Part shown: positions 9,917 through 22,700 of the stretch, piece by piece
Layout of the letters: each line of letters begins with the position of its first letter
How positions within the stretch are numbered: position 1 is the first letter of the stretch
Sequence record: LC494302.1
Strand: one strand, 5' to 3'
Length of the DNA: 64,000 nucleotides
Program-made: the position numbers and the translations under genes
Notes under the pieces: model-generated
Told to the model about the DNA's origin: nothing
The model's database searches: none
What the model saw: the letters and a program-made list of their open reading frames with translations, nothing else

Positions 9917-11017
9917 ATGAGTGTTAATTATACAATTTATAGAAGTAATGGTAGTGTTTATGCTACCATTCCAAATAATGTTATTTTAGGACCAAACCAG
10001 CCCGGAAGTAACCCAGTTCCGTTAAATTTAGTTGGTAGAAATAAAGTAAGTTACGGTCAAGCATGGAATGAAAACTTTTTACATTTAGTTGAAAATTTCA
10101 GTTCAGCATCTGCACCACGTGGCAACGTCAATGGTCAACTTTGGTATAGAAACACTGGTAGTACTGGTGAGTTATTGATATCATTAGTTGATAATGCTAG
10201 ACAACCTGCTGATATGGTAAGTGAAGCTGAATGGGCGTCTATCCCTATGATTACTGTTTTTAACACAGTACCTGATGGTGAAAATAGTGTTATGGGTCGT
10301 ATGGTATTAACTAGTAACGGTGATTCTCTTCGTGTGTTAATGAAAAACAAAGAATGGCGTGAAATTCAAACATCTAGACCAGAAAACAAAGAGTATTCAT
10401 CATTATTAGATATTAACTATGATAATGGTAAAAAATATATAGAGTTCACACAAAGTAATAGTACTAAACCAATTGCGTATTTTAACTTAGGTGGTACTTC
10501 ACAAGTAGATACAAATAACTGGACAACATTAACTAATGGTACTGGTGTCTTTGAATTTGGTAGCAACTATTTCTATGAATTAAAAATTATGATTAGAGAA
10601 GTAAATGATTCTTCTGGTGAGATAGTTTCTCTTCCATACAATTCAAAAACCTTTTTTATAAAAGGGCAATTTTATGTAGATAATCAAGGAACTTTTGTTC
10701 CTGGTTCGGTGGGGGCAAGTCAAATGCCAGACCCACGTAGGATTACACAATTAGAATCCATAAAAGATGTTATTACCAGTAGTCGCCCAAACTGGGACGT
10801 AAATATTGTTATTAATGGTGTAGATCCATCTATCCCAAATCCTAATGGAACATCTAAAGCTGATTATGAAAATTGGGTTATCAATTCTCTAAACTCAAAT
10901 AAAAATTTAGGTTTTCGAGTTGATGGTAGCATTAGTAATCTAACTGCTGGTGAATCCGTTAAACTACAAGCATCCGTGTTGTTAAATATTACAGGTATTC
11001 CGATTATTGGAGTATAA
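9917..11017 (+). CDS. Putative fibre-associated virion protein
   Basis: 366 aa; N-terminal LVGRNKVSYGQAWNENFLHLVENF...P....GQLWY module of the kind seen in myovirus fibre/baseplate proteins. Confidence 0.55.
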   Translation: MSVNYTIYRSNGSVYATIPNNVILGPNQPGSNPVPLNLVGRNKVSYGQAWNENFLHLVENFSSASAPRGNVNGQLWYRNTGSTGELLISLVDNARQPADMVSEAEWASIPMITVFNTVPDGENSVMGRMVLTSNGDSLRVLMKNKEWREIQTSRPENKEYSSLLDINYDNGKKYIEFTQSNSTKPIAYFNLGGTSQVDTNNWTTLTNGTGVFEFGSNYFYELKIMIREVNDSSGEIVSLPYNSKTFFIKGQFYVDNQGTFVPGSVGASQMPDPRRITQLESIKDVITSSRPNWDVNIVINGVDPSIPNPNGTSKADYENWVINSLNSNKNLGFRVDGSISNLTAGESVKLQASVLLNITGIPIIGV

Positions 11018-11043
11018 AAAAAGGAGCCACACGGCTCCTTTTT
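11016..11043. terminator. Bidirectional intrinsic terminator
   Basis: aaaaaaaggagcc-acac-ggctccttttt between convergent genes. Confidence 0.9.
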
Positions 11044-11046
11044 GTT

Positions 11047-11511
11047 TTAATATCTATATGGTAAACTGTTGACAAACTGTGTACCTTCACGTATACTTTC
11101 CCATAGTGAGTAAAAATCTTTCATTAAGTTTGTGTTAAGTAAAGTATTTTTAGCACCAGGGTGTAATGGTTTAGGCCAAGAACCAATTCTAACCCAAGCA
11201 TAACCAGAGCTTTCATGATTTAAAGTTGGTACAAATTCATTCTCAACTACAATAACAAATGAATAATATTTAAATTTACCATTTTTTGTACAAAATACAT
11301 CAAACGGTATAATATCAATAATGTTAGGTATTGAGTTGCCCAACTCTTCTTTAATTTCTCTCATCAGACCTTGTAGTGGTGTTTCGTTATGTTCAAGCTT
11401 TCCACCAACAAATGCCCAGTTGTTAGAATAGGTACTTCTTTCAGAACGCAAGTTTAACATCATATGTCCAGTACTTTTTGATAAAAATATAGCACCAACC
11501 GCTTCATTCAT
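11047..11511 (-). CDS. NUDIX hydrolase
   Basis: Intact Nudix box GGKLEHNETPLQGLMREIKEELG. Confidence 0.9.
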   Translation of the reverse strand: MNEAVGAIFLSKSTGHMMLNLRSERSTYSNNWAFVGGKLEHNETPLQGLMREIKEELGNSIPNIIDIIPFDVFCTKNGKFKYYSFVIVVENEFVPTLNHESSGYAWVRIGSWPKPLHPGAKNTLLNTNLMKDFYSLWESIREGTQFVNSLPYRY

Positions 11512-11524
11512 AACAACACCTCCT

Positions 11525-12868
11525 TTATTTGTCAGTGAAAGTTATTTTCCAATATCCCTGACGATACACAGGCATGATACTTTTATGCCATTTAAATTTG
11601 TCATTATATCTATAATAACCATTGTCTTCTTTATTATAAATGTAATTTCGTACAGTAGATGGATCAATTAATTGTGCACCATCATTTGTAATTTTAAACA
11701 AATAATTTGATGGGATTTCGGTTTCTTTATAAATGATGTTATGTATACTGTTATTTACATAATATTGTTCAGGTAATGCACTTGAAAGTACTGAATCTTT
11801 CTGCACAAACCCATGTATAGTGTAATCAACAGTATAATTGGTATTATCAAGCTGTACTATAATTTTGTTGGCATCTTCATTTTCACCATACGACGCTATA
11901 TGACCTTTTAGTGGGTTGTCTTCTTCAATAGATTGTTGAAATTTAATCCCTACTTTTTTGTCATCAAAATTTGGTTCTAGATATTTAAGATATTTTTCCC
12001 ATGAATATATTCCACCGTTGGGAGAAACCGCAGATAGCGATTGGCTAACCAAGGTAAGTTGGTATGTATCAGGTAAATTATACTTGGAATTAGTAATTTC
12101 TTCAACTTTAATGCATAAATTCTTGGGTGTAAAAACATCTGTTATTATATCTGAATAATTTCCCATTTCAAAATCAAATTCGTCACGAGCACCTTTAATA
12201 TTTGTAGTAATCTGTTGGATTAATTTTGGTTTTTCAACAATAGCTGGTAAAGAAAACCATATTGTCGTTTCAAATGTTAAAACCATTATATCCAAATCTG
12301 GGTCAGTTCCTTGTGGAAAACCACGAGTAGAAAACTGACAATCTATTAGTTCAACATCACTAAGCGATGTCCAATCTAACGGGTTATCAGATAATTGAAG
12401 TTGTATACTAGGTGCAAACAAAGTTGAGATTTGTTCGAATAATTCCATTTTAGTTTGAGTTTGAGTTACCCAAATATTCAAATCAAACGTAAAAGTCCAA
12501 GGTACTGGGTTATGTCTTACAATTTTGTATTGTGTGTCAAGATCTTTTGTGTACTCATTAATAGCAGGGGACTTGTTAGACCCCATTACTATAGTTTCGT
12601 TGGCATTAGAACGAATATTTTTACGATCCAACTTTAGTTGATTAACACTTATGGTCATTATAGGTGCTGATGGGAGAACATTTTCACTATTCCCATTTAT
12701 AATTGCTGCTGCCATTCTTGAAATATCGGCATAGCGACATGGAACCTTTTTGTATTTTGGGTTTCCATTAGCATCAATACCATTTTGTACTTGAAATTCA
12801 CCAAAAACTCTGATAAGATGTTTCAGTACTCTGCGAAATTGACCGTCATAATAATAATCTATTTTCAT
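11525..12868 (-). CDS. Tail terminator/sheath stabiliser (T4 gp15-like) with C-terminal extension
   Basis: YYYDGQFRRVLKHLIRVF...VPCRYA resembles the T4 gp15 N-terminus; lies next to the neck gene. Confidence 0.75.
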   Translation of the reverse strand: MKIDYYYDGQFRRVLKHLIRVFGEFQVQNGIDANGNPKYKKVPCRYADISRMAAAIINGNSENVLPSAPIMTISVNQLKLDRKNIRSNANETIVMGSNKSPAINEYTKDLDTQYKIVRHNPVPWTFTFDLNIWVTQTQTKMELFEQISTLFAPSIQLQLSDNPLDWTSLSDVELIDCQFSTRGFPQGTDPDLDIMVLTFETTIWFSLPAIVEKPKLIQQITTNIKGARDEFDFEMGNYSDIITDVFTPKNLCIKVEEITNSKYNLPDTYQLTLVSQSLSAVSPNGGIYSWEKYLKYLEPNFDDKKVGIKFQQSIEEDNPLKGHIASYGENEDANKIIVQLDNTNYTVDYTIHGFVQKDSVLSSALPEQYYVNNSIHNIIYKETEIPSNYLFKITNDGAQLIDPSTVRNYIYNKEDNGYYRYNDKFKWHKSIMPVYRQGYWKITFTDK

Positions 12869-14358
12869 TCTGTGTCCTTATGTATGCGATAAACAGTATT
12901 AGGTTTAACTGCGTCATGTAATGGAACTTTGTTATCACTATTTACAAACTGTGTAAGTGCTAAGTCTGCACCTTCCCACGGTTTTCTTCCACCATAATCA
13001 AAAATAACCCATGAATTCTTAGTTGCATTGAATTCCCATAACGTAACTGGAGTATAATCGGTGCGATAGAAATAGTCACCATCTACTGCATCAGTTGGGA
13101 ACATATTTCCTTCAGGGACTGTACCTCGTGCTGGTGGAATTTTAGGACGATAATCTTGTTGCGAATCAATATTACCATATACACAATTGGACGTGAATGG
13201 TTCATTGACATAAGTTACCTTTGGTTCCCCCCACTTGTCATCATTATACTGATAAATGTGTGGTTCTTTATAAAAAATACAAAAATCTTCCACATCTTCT
13301 GGTGGAACATCACTGGTAGTATATTCTACATCACAATTTAACCATTTTTTAGCACTTTTATCATATTGATACAACGTATAACCTGTCACATCTGCGTCAT
13401 TTTCTTTAAAGAAGAAGTCACCATCCATTGGTTTTCTGGGAAAGATGGTTCCACGCTTGACTTCCACAGAAATCCATGTATCATTAACAAACTCTTTGAG
13501 TACTGGGTATGTTTTTTTCAAAAAATACATTCCATCGGCAGGTTCTTCTGGAAAATCATAACCGTTAAGCATATATTTTGATAAATCTACTGTATCAGGT
13601 CGATCATCATACAAATGTTCATTTGTATAATGAATATAGGGTACTTCATCATCAGCTTGCATGATGATACGGTTCATGATATCCATTTCATTGCCATAGT
13701 TACTGTTTTCCGACGAACCATCATCGGTATTTCCATTACCATTATTAGGGTCATCTGGATTATCAGGATAATTATTGTTACCGAGTAAATCGGAGTACTC
13801 AGGTGAGTCGGTTAGCGGTTTAACTCTAAGTTTATAAATGTGATGTTGCCACGTAACCGAGTATCCCTCAGATGTACGAAATGCATCTTGGACGACATAG
13901 AAGCGGTTTAGACCTGTATCTTTACCCAATACATCAAAATCACGTAAATTTGGTAGTTCTATCACATCCCCTGGCATGATTTTTCTACCTAAACGCTGCA
14001 TCATTGTATTATAATGGATTGTGATGTCCATAGTGTTGAAATTAAAGAACAATCCTGGGATTTTCAAGTCTGGAGTTGCTTCTTGAACTTGATAGACACA
14101 ACTAAGTGTGATAGCTTCAAGGTTGTAGTTTCTGTTTGGTGTGTCACCAAAAATTAAATCGCCAATACTTGACACAACTGATCCTGAAGATGTATAATCA
14201 CCTCCATAGGATAAGTCAGTGTTGTCAGCAACTTGTTTTGGACCGACATATGCATAAAGCCACATGTCAACTCCACCAATGTTGTATTGTTCAGCAATGG
14301 CAGAATCAATGAACTTGTAATCATTGGTTCTACCTTTTTTCCACATTCTATATGTCAT
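12865..14358 (-). CDS. Neck/head-completion protein (T4 gp14-like) with repeated C-terminal modules
   Basis: DLIFGD and GDVIELP match gp14 motifs. Start moved to MTYRMWK at 14358, which has a GGAG RBS. Confidence 0.7.
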   Translation of the reverse strand: MTYRMWKKGRTNDYKFIDSAIAEQYNIGGVDMWLYAYVGPKQVADNTDLSYGGDYTSSGSVVSSIGDLIFGDTPNRNYNLEAITLSCVYQVQEATPDLKIPGLFFNFNTMDITIHYNTMMQRLGRKIMPGDVIELPNLRDFDVLGKDTGLNRFYVVQDAFRTSEGYSVTWQHHIYKLRVKPLTDSPEYSDLLGNNNYPDNPDDPNNGNGNTDDGSSENSNYGNEMDIMNRIIMQADDEVPYIHYTNEHLYDDRPDTVDLSKYMLNGYDFPEEPADGMYFLKKTYPVLKEFVNDTWISVEVKRGTIFPRKPMDGDFFFKENDADVTGYTLYQYDKSAKKWLNCDVEYTTSDVPPEDVEDFCIFYKEPHIYQYNDDKWGEPKVTYVNEPFTSNCVYGNIDSQQDYRPKIPPARGTVPEGNMFPTDAVDGDYFYRTDYTPVTLWEFNATKNSWVIFDYGGRKPWEGADLALTQFVNSDNKVPLHDAVKPNTVYRIHKDTE

Positions 14359-14400
14359 GATTGTCTCCAAAATAAATCGGGTATATCTTTATTTACCTTG

Positions 14401-14428
14401 TAGACAAACCGTAAGAATGTGATATAAT
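14401..14428 (+). promoter_or_regulatory. Promoter TAGACA-N16-TATAAT with extended -10 (clpA)
   Basis: tagaca aaccgtaagaatgTGa TATAAT. Confidence 0.75.
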
Positions 14429-14468
14429 GTTTATTAATTAGAGTGACGTGAATCACATAGGAGAATAC

Positions 14469-16757
14469 ATGAATCTTACTCAATTGTTCAAAAAAAGCGA
14501 CGAACTGGCAACATCTCTAGGTCATACATTCTTGACTATTGACCACGTAAGTGCCACAGTACTGACTATTGATAGCATCAAGAACGTATTTGAAGATATG
14601 AACATTGATGCAGACAAACTGCACAACCGCCTGATGAACTATCTTAAAAATACAACAGTTCCACATGCACCAAAAAGTGTTAAAGATGAAGACGCGAATC
14701 GAACTTCACTTCTAGTGAATCGCGTTGTACATGAGCTTTCTAAAAAATCAGTTATTGAACAACTAAAAAGTGATGATTTTTCGATTGATGCATATTTTGT
14801 TCTATTCGAATGTCTGTCTTTCCCTAACACAGCACTAGAAGCTGCGTTAAAAGAAGAAGGTGTTAGCTGTACTGAAGCTGCACGTGCATTACAGAAACAC
14901 GTTGAGTCACTTGATAAAGGTATCAACTTACAAAGTATTAATGACGAACCGATTGGAGATAAAAAAGTGGCCCAACAGCAGCAATCATCTAAACAAAAAG
15001 GTTTGGAAGACTATACAACGAATCTAACTGCTCTTGCAAAAGAAGGCAAACTAGATCCTATGATTGGTCGCCAGAAAGAATTGTCTGCATTGATTGAGAC
15101 TCTTGCTCGCAAAACCAAAAAGAATGCTATTCTCACTGGTGAAGCTGGTGTAGGTAAAACACAAATCATCGACGGGCTTGCACAAGCTATTGCTGATGGT
15201 AACGTACCTGAACACCTGAAAGACGTTGAAATTCTTTCACTAAATGTTGGTGCATTGACTGCTGGTACTAAGTATCGTGGTGAATTTGAAGAACGCATCG
15301 ACAATTTGCTAAAAGAACTAAAGAAACGTGAAAATACTATTGTTTTCATTGATGAAATTCATATTATGGTTGGGGCTGGTTCCGCAAGTAATGGTTCTAT
15401 GGACATGAGCAATATGCTTAAGCCAGCACTTTCACGTGGTGAGATTCGTGTAATTGGTGCAACAACATATGATGAATATCGTAAAAATATCGAGAAAGAT
15501 AGTGCATTAACTCGTCGTTTTATGAAAATTGACGTAGTTGAGCCGACAATTGATGAAACTCGTGCAATTGTTAATGGTTTGAAACCAACGTATGAAAAAT
15601 TCCATAATGTTGAGTTCACATCTGATGCAATGGATGCTGTAATTTCTCTCAGTGATAAATTCCTGAAGAATAAGCACTTCCCAGATAAAGCAATTGATCT
15701 AATGGATGCTGCTGCGGCTAAAGTTCGTTCACGTGACAACAATAGTAAGCTAATTACTGCCAATTTGATTCAAGAAGTTGTTGCTGGTATTGCCAATTTG
15801 GATATCAACGTGGTTGCATGTACTGAAAGTGATCGTATGCGTAATCTACCAGATGCACTACGCTCACGTGTATACGGTCAAGAGGAAGCTATTCAAAAAT
15901 TAGTTGATAACGTGATGGTAGCTCGTGCAGGACTGCGTGACAAATCTAGTGTTCAGGGTGCATTTATGTTTGTTGGACCATCTGGTACTGGTAAAACAGA
16001 AATTACCAAAGCATTAGCAGACGCAACTGGTGCGGAACTCATTCGCTTTGATATGTCAGAATTTTCTCAAGAACATACTGTTTCTAAACTAATTGGTTCA
16101 CCTCCAGGTTATGTTGGTCATGATTCTGGTAACGGTTTACTGTTGGATAAAATTGAGCAGTTCCCTAATGCAGTACTGTTACTTGATGAAATTGAAAAAG
16201 CAGATCGTAAAGTACTACTAACCTTCCTACAGGTTTTGGATGAAGGTCGTCTGACTGGTTCTCAAGGTAAAACTGTATATTTTAATAACGTAACTGTTAT
16301 TATGACTACAAACCTTGGTGCGGCTGATTCAACAAAGCGTAGCATTGGTATGAGCGGTAGTGACACTGCACAGGACAAGGCAATTAAAGCATTCTTGCCA
16401 CCAGAGTTTATTAACCGTATTGATAGTATCGTTACGTTTAAAGACCTAAGCAGTGAAGCTATTGACAGCATCATTGATAAGTTCATGGGTGGTTTGAATG
16501 AACAAGTCAAAGACCGTAATGTTAAAGTTACATTAACAAAAGCTGCACGTGAATGGCTTGCGAAAAATGGGGTAAAAGTTGGTATGGGTGCACGTCCAAT
16601 GAAACGTACCATTGAACAAAACATTCGTGTGCCACTAGCTAAAGAAATGTTGTGTGGTTCACTTGTGAATGGTGGTAACATTACATTTGATGTTATTGAT
16701 GGTAAAATCGGTATTAAGCCGAAACGTACCAAAGCTGTAGATAAAGCACTAGTATAA
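14469..16757 (+). CDS. clpA: ClpA-like Hsp100 AAA+ ATPase (two NBDs, no ClpB M-domain)
   Basis: Walker A motifs GEAGVGKT and GPSGTGKT; Walker B motifs FIDEIH and LLDEIEK; DMSEF; GARP; short inter-NBD linker. AGGAG RBS before the ATG at 14469. Confidence 0.9.
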   Translation: MNLTQLFKKSDELATSLGHTFLTIDHVSATVLTIDSIKNVFEDMNIDADKLHNRLMNYLKNTTVPHAPKSVKDEDANRTSLLVNRVVHELSKKSVIEQLKSDDFSIDAYFVLFECLSFPNTALEAALKEEGVSCTEAARALQKHVESLDKGINLQSINDEPIGDKKVAQQQQSSKQKGLEDYTTNLTALAKEGKLDPMIGRQKELSALIETLARKTKKNAILTGEAGVGKTQIIDGLAQAIADGNVPEHLKDVEILSLNVGALTAGTKYRGEFEERIDNLLKELKKRENTIVFIDEIHIMVGAGSASNGSMDMSNMLKPALSRGEIRVIGATTYDEYRKNIEKDSALTRRFMKIDVVEPTIDETRAIVNGLKPTYEKFHNVEFTSDAMDAVISLSDKFLKNKHFPDKAIDLMDAAAAKVRSRDNNSKLITANLIQEVVAGIANLDINVVACTESDRMRNLPDALRSRVYGQEEAIQKLVDNVMVARAGLRDKSSVQGAFMFVGPSGTGKTEITKALADATGAELIRFDMSEFSQEHTVSKLIGSPPGYVGHDSGNGLLLDKIEQFPNAVLLLDEIEKADRKVLLTFLQVLDEGRLTGSQGKTVYFNNVTVIMTTNLGAADSTKRSIGMSGSDTAQDKAIKAFLPPEFINRIDSIVTFKDLSSEAIDSIIDKFMGGLNEQVKDRNVKVTLTKAAREWLAKNGVKVGMGARPMKRTIEQNIRVPLAKEMLCGSLVNGGNITFDVIDGKIGIKPKRTKAVDKALV

Positions 16758-16763
16758 AAAAAG

Positions 16764-16793
16764 AAAAGGAGAGCATAATGCTCTCCTTTTTTT
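16764..16793. terminator. Bidirectional intrinsic terminator
   Basis: aaaaggagagca-taa-tgctctcctttttt. Confidence 0.9.
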
Positions 16794-16794
16794 A

Positions 16795-19700
16795 TTACTT
16801 AACTAATAATATATTTTTAATATCATTACCACTAACTTGTAGACTATCAGTGTATACTGAAAGATCTATAGTGTAACTATTTTGTGTGTAACGTTTTAAC
16901 ATATCATAATTACCTAAATTAATTCCATTGAAAGAATATGTAGTATTAAGTTTAAAATCATGTTCTGCACTATACATTACACCACGGAGTAAATTATTTG
17001 CATTTCTAACTTCAACTTTTTCATATCCAATCGATATAATATCATTCATGTTTGCGGCTGAACCGGATAAAACATTATTTCTAATACTATAAGGACTTAT
17101 TGATTTAGGTTGAGAAACATAGGTTGTATTTTCTTCACTAATGGTTGTGATGTTAGTAACAGTACCACCAACAACACCGATATACATACCGTCAACCATT
17201 GGGAATCCATAAACCCATATCCCTTCATTATTTCTAAACGGTTGAATAACACTTGAATCATATTCGATAACGTTGATTTCTAAACTATCAGTCATTTTAG
17301 TTCTTGCCAATTCACTAAGAACTCCCGCACCCGTAATTGGTAAGTTATAACCGTTATCGATAGTAATTCCATCAACATCAAATATTTCATTAGAGATTAT
17401 CCAAACGTCAACGTCATCTGGTGTTATTCCGTCATTGTACTTACCACCATTTAAAGTAGTATCGTAGAAAACATCATAATTAATTACATCAATGGTGTAA
17501 TTTCTATTTTGTTCATACAATTTAATACCATTCTTGACAAATTCAGGGTCAGCAAATGTTCTAACACGAACAATGTTCAATGCTAGAGGCTGTACTGGCT
17601 CATTTTGTTGTGCAAGAGTGATGTTATCATAACGGAGAACTGCACCAGTACTCTCATCAATCAATTCAATCGTTTCCTTACCTGTATTTCTTACAGTGAA
17701 TAGGATCGGAGTTGTATTGTTTTTGATGTTAGATACACGCAAGATTGTTTCCCATGTGTGATTTTGATATCTCACAAAATCTTCACCATCAGGAGTGAAA
17801 ATCATCACCTTATCACCATCAGATAGGTCATTGTCAACTATTTCTGCTTCAGTTAAGCTATTAATAGATCTCACACGATAGAAATATTTTTCATCAAACT
17901 TCGATGTTGTTTTATTAATATCATTTTCAATCTTAGCATATGAAGGAATACTTACAATTGCTTCTGTATGTTTATATGGATTGATAATTGCCATACCTTC
18001 AGTTTGATATCTGCTGTTATCACGTAATTGTACAAGAGATACATTGTCAAACCCATATCCATCAACTGTAAATCTAATTTGACCTACATCACGCCCAGAA
18101 GGGTTTATGTCAGATATATCCACAATATAAGGATCAACTTCATCATCTTTAACTTCCCATTTTATTGAAGAAGTTTGAGATTCCAATGCTAGGTTATCAA
18201 ATGCATTCATATCATTGAAGTACTTAGCTTCAGTAATACTATCAAGTATATATTGATAATCAGAATACATTGGATTATTTTGATCTAGTGGTAAATCATC
18301 AAGATTTATTTCAGCTAGTTCAACCATTTCACCATTTGTGATAAAATAATCTTCCATGAAATCATCAATACTTTGTTCATCAGGTATACTTTGATATACA
18401 CCGTTAACATTTAAGTAAACATATTTTCGTGGAATCATTGTAATTGCATAGATATCAATTGGGGTCTTACTAAGAATCTCTTCAGCTTTTTCGTACTTAT
18501 CAGTAGCGTCTTTGTCGAATAACCCTCTCATACCTGCTAATACGTGAATAGCATCAGTATAGAAACGGGTATCACCACCTACTTCATCATAACGATAAAC
18601 ATATACACCATACTCAACTTCAAGTTTAACTTTTACTTCATAGTCTGATGCGTCAGGATTTTTATCTTTAATTAATGAAATGTATTTTTGATACAATTCA
18701 CTGCTTATTTCAAAATATCCATAGTTATAATCATTACTAGAAGAAAAGCCTAATGGAAGTCTAGTACTAGGATTGTCATTATAAGTAAGTCCACTAAATC
18801 CACATCCAACTTCATCGTGAATTTTCTCATCACTTATATCTTTATAAAGTTTCAAACGGTTTGCCAATGTGTTATACTGAACATATTGTCTAAGGTCAGT
18901 AAACATATCGTTATGCGTTGATTCTTTATAAACACGTTCCAATGTAGCAGTGAATTCATCAGTTGCTTCTAAATCTTCCGCATGGTCTTTATACCACTGG
19001 TTAACGCCATATGCTGTTCCTAGTGTTACATCCAATTCTGGATAGTAGATTTGCATTTGATAAGCAATAAGAAGATCGAAAGTTTCTTCACTATATTCTG
19101 GGAAAGAATATATATAACGTTGTAATTCATAGTTACTAACAGCATCCTTTTCATTGGATTGATATTTGTTATTAACACTTACTAATTCATTTATGCTTGC
19201 CAAATCTTCATTTGGTTTACACTGAATATTATCATAATGCATAATAATATCAATTTCTTGGAATCTTCTATTTGGTGTAACGAAATCACTTGGTAGTGAA
19301 CCTACCTGTTCCCATTTTTGGGTAATTTCATTAAATTGAGCGTACTCATAATCCCAAATATCTTTTTCAGTTTTGATCCAAGAACCGTCAACGAAAATAT
19401 ATCCATTAGGATCTAAATCATTACATAGACCTTTTATTAAATCATCATCAGATGTCTTTTGCTCTATTTGTGAACGAATTTTAGTTCTATAAGGTTTAAC
19501 TTCTTCAAAATATTCAACAATTTGATTAATCAAATTATCGTTTGAATAGTTTTGAACTAATGATTGTTCCAAACCAACAATATAGATATATGATGTTTTA
19601 AATACCCAATCCACAACACTTTGTTCAACATGTACATATTTGACCATATCAAAAACAATTTCGCTTTGATGTAAATCGAAAGAATTTTTGAGTAAAGCTA

Positions 19701-22700
19701 GTGCTTTACGAACGTTGATTTCACGATTGCTTAGTGAACCATTATCATTATGAACACTATAATCTGCGTAAAGCATATCATTGAGTTCAACTGTACTGTT
19801 TTCACGACCAATCGCTTTCCAATAAATTGAATCGCGTGATTGTGATTTAATATACAATGTCCAAATGTTTTCACTATCGGTAACTCTGATAATATCGCCA
19901 ACTTGGTAGTTTTTAGTATTAGCATCTTCTAAGCTTGACTCTTGAGTATAAGTCGTGTTACTATCATATCCAACATCATACCAATCAGCATATGACCAGT
20001 ACTGAGTCATGTCTAATGAGGTTCCTAGTGATTCAACATAATCAGATTGTTTAATCATTTTATGTTGTCCCTCACCTTTGTTTTCTAACGTTATAGTAAC
20101 AACACTACCCGCGTTTGCTGGACTATTCATTAACTGAATATATCCATTTTCGTCGAAGTGAATAAAATAAACAGCACTAGAAGTTAATGGATTTGGTAGA
20201 TATCCACTAGTACTTAAAATAACAGCGTCATTTTCTTTAAATTTATCACTTTCAACTGCAATAACTAATTCATTATTGTAAGACAACACACGGAAAGAAA
20301 CTTCATTAGGGTTAACTTCAGTGGTTTTAACATTAAACACATCTTCCATAACAACACTATTAGTGGTTATGTTTTGTGACCTATAATAATTATTAGCACT
20401 TTCTACAAAGTTTCTACGAGCTTCTATAACATTTTGGAACCAAGTTTTGTTTGATCCTAAACCGTTATCAACATCTGGATATAATAAATTAATCACAGAA
20501 CCTGATTCAGTTGTTTCTTGACCAATTAGTGAGTTCCACATTGAATCCCAAATTAGTGGGTTAAAGTTATAGCTGTCACCTTCTTTACATAGTTGATACT
20601 GGTCATGTTTAACAACTTCAGTACTATCCATGTAATAAGAAACAGTTAAAATACTGGTATCATCATTCACTTTAAATTGCATATTACTAAGAATAAACGA
20701 GTTTTCATTTATTGGAGCGAACCAAGGAATGTTTAGCTGTGTTGGATCTTTAATAATACGAGCAATGTCAGTACATGATTTCGTTCTGGTATGTAGTGGT
20801 GGTACATAAATTGTATCACGTACCCAGAAATAGTATTTTGTTACATAACTATCAGTTGAACTATCATATTCCAAAAATGTACTATAATTATCTTCAAGTG
20901 CAGTTCCACTTGGTAGATACATAGTATTATTTTTGTTTTTCTTAGCAACATCTTTACAGTATTTGTCCCAGTTATATGGCTCAACTGGTGAACAAACCCA
21001 CTCTAACACATCAATGGTACTATGTGGTAACAAACGGCCCCAGTTGTAACGTTTGTATTCATTGGTTGCATCAATATCAACATTACCGTCTGCGTCATAA
21101 ATTGCACGAGTATAATCCAAATAAAATGCAGTGCTAGTGTTCCACCATACTTGACCAACTTTATCAGCACCCCAAGCCTGGATTAACTCTCCATTACTAT
21201 TATACTGTGCAGGATCAACTGGTGAAGTATATGTTACGTTTTGCATAGCCGCACCTGGAATAACACCATTAATTGGGTCATAAACGTTTAGATATAGCTC
21301 AGTAATGTTAGTACGTTCATCATATGTCGTTGGACGATCAAATAAAGTACTTTGTGGTGCTTTAAAACTATATTTCTTGTCAATGTAAGCTTGACGATCA
21401 TCAGTACTGGCAAAACGTGATACATAACGATACAAACGTGGACGTGTATCTGGATCAGTAAATTCAATATCAATAGAAGTGTCAAATGGAACTACCATAA
21501 CTTTAGGATCAGAACCAGCAGTATAATATTGACTTTCTACTGTTAAAGTATCTGGCATAAAGTTAGTTTCATCAACAAAATAATAATAATCACCATCTTC
21601 AAGTGGTACATTATCAGTTAAAGTTACTTTACAAAATTGTTCAGCATACACATCGGTATTTTCAATAGGTGTTATAGAAACCATTTGTACATTAGTATCA
21701 ACCAATTCAAAAATGTTCCACAAACCATTACCGTCTTTAAACATCCACACAGATTCAGGATTTTCACCTTTACCATTAGTATAAGTTATGCGGTCATTAT
21801 ATGCAGTACTGAAATCTTTTGTTGTGTACGATACTTCATCCAATGTTACTGGACCAATATCTGGAAGTTGGATGTTTTCACTTCTTCCACTACGCATTGG
21901 GAATGAGAACTTACCATTTGGACGTGTAATCCAACGAGGATCTTTACCTTGCTCACCGAAGTATACAATATGATTACCATTACCATTTGAAGTTGCATTT
22001 ACATCAAAAGAAACCATTTGAGGTTGTTGTTTAAATTGGTCATTGATTAGTTTAAATTGAAGGTTTTTCTTACCATCAATATTACCATATGTACCAATTT
22101 TAAATGCCCATTCTTGTAATGCTTTATATTCATCAGTGTCATATGATTTAGAAACACGAAGTACACGTTCTAAAACTTGGTTAGTACCTTTATCGTGAAT
22201 GAATCCTTTATAGAAATCAACACGACTAACATCACTACTAATCATACGCTGTAGATAATCACGAGATTGATAACCAATCAAATGGTTTGACAACTCTTGT
22301 AATTGTACATCACTTACTGGAGTTTCACTATCATAATAATGTTGGAAATCCGACACTAATTTTTCAAATGATGGTAGTGTTCCAGCTTCCAAGATAATAA
22401 ATCCAGGAGCTTGTAGGCGACCAGTCCATGAACCAGTAATATATCCATACATTTTAATTAGTTCTTGAATAGAACCATATGTTGGCTGATAAATGTAATC
22501 ACCAAAAATAGTTTTATCATCAAAAATAACAGCATGTTCATATGAACACAAACTTAAACGAATCAATGCAATGCGTTTATTAGATTCTAAAGTTCTAACA
22601 GTGAAGATATTTCCAATACGAGAAGTTTCAATTTCATATTGGCGAATACCTTGGTTATTATCATCAAGTAATGACCATACACCACCATTATTTTGCGTAA

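Noticed and set aside
14639-16732. Minus-strand ORFs inside clpA, and similar nested ORFs in the portal, core, scaffold, gp26, tape measure and polymerase genes
   Set aside because: They fully overlap well-supported genes on the opposite strand, show no motifs or RBS, and are the usual shadows of biased codon usage.
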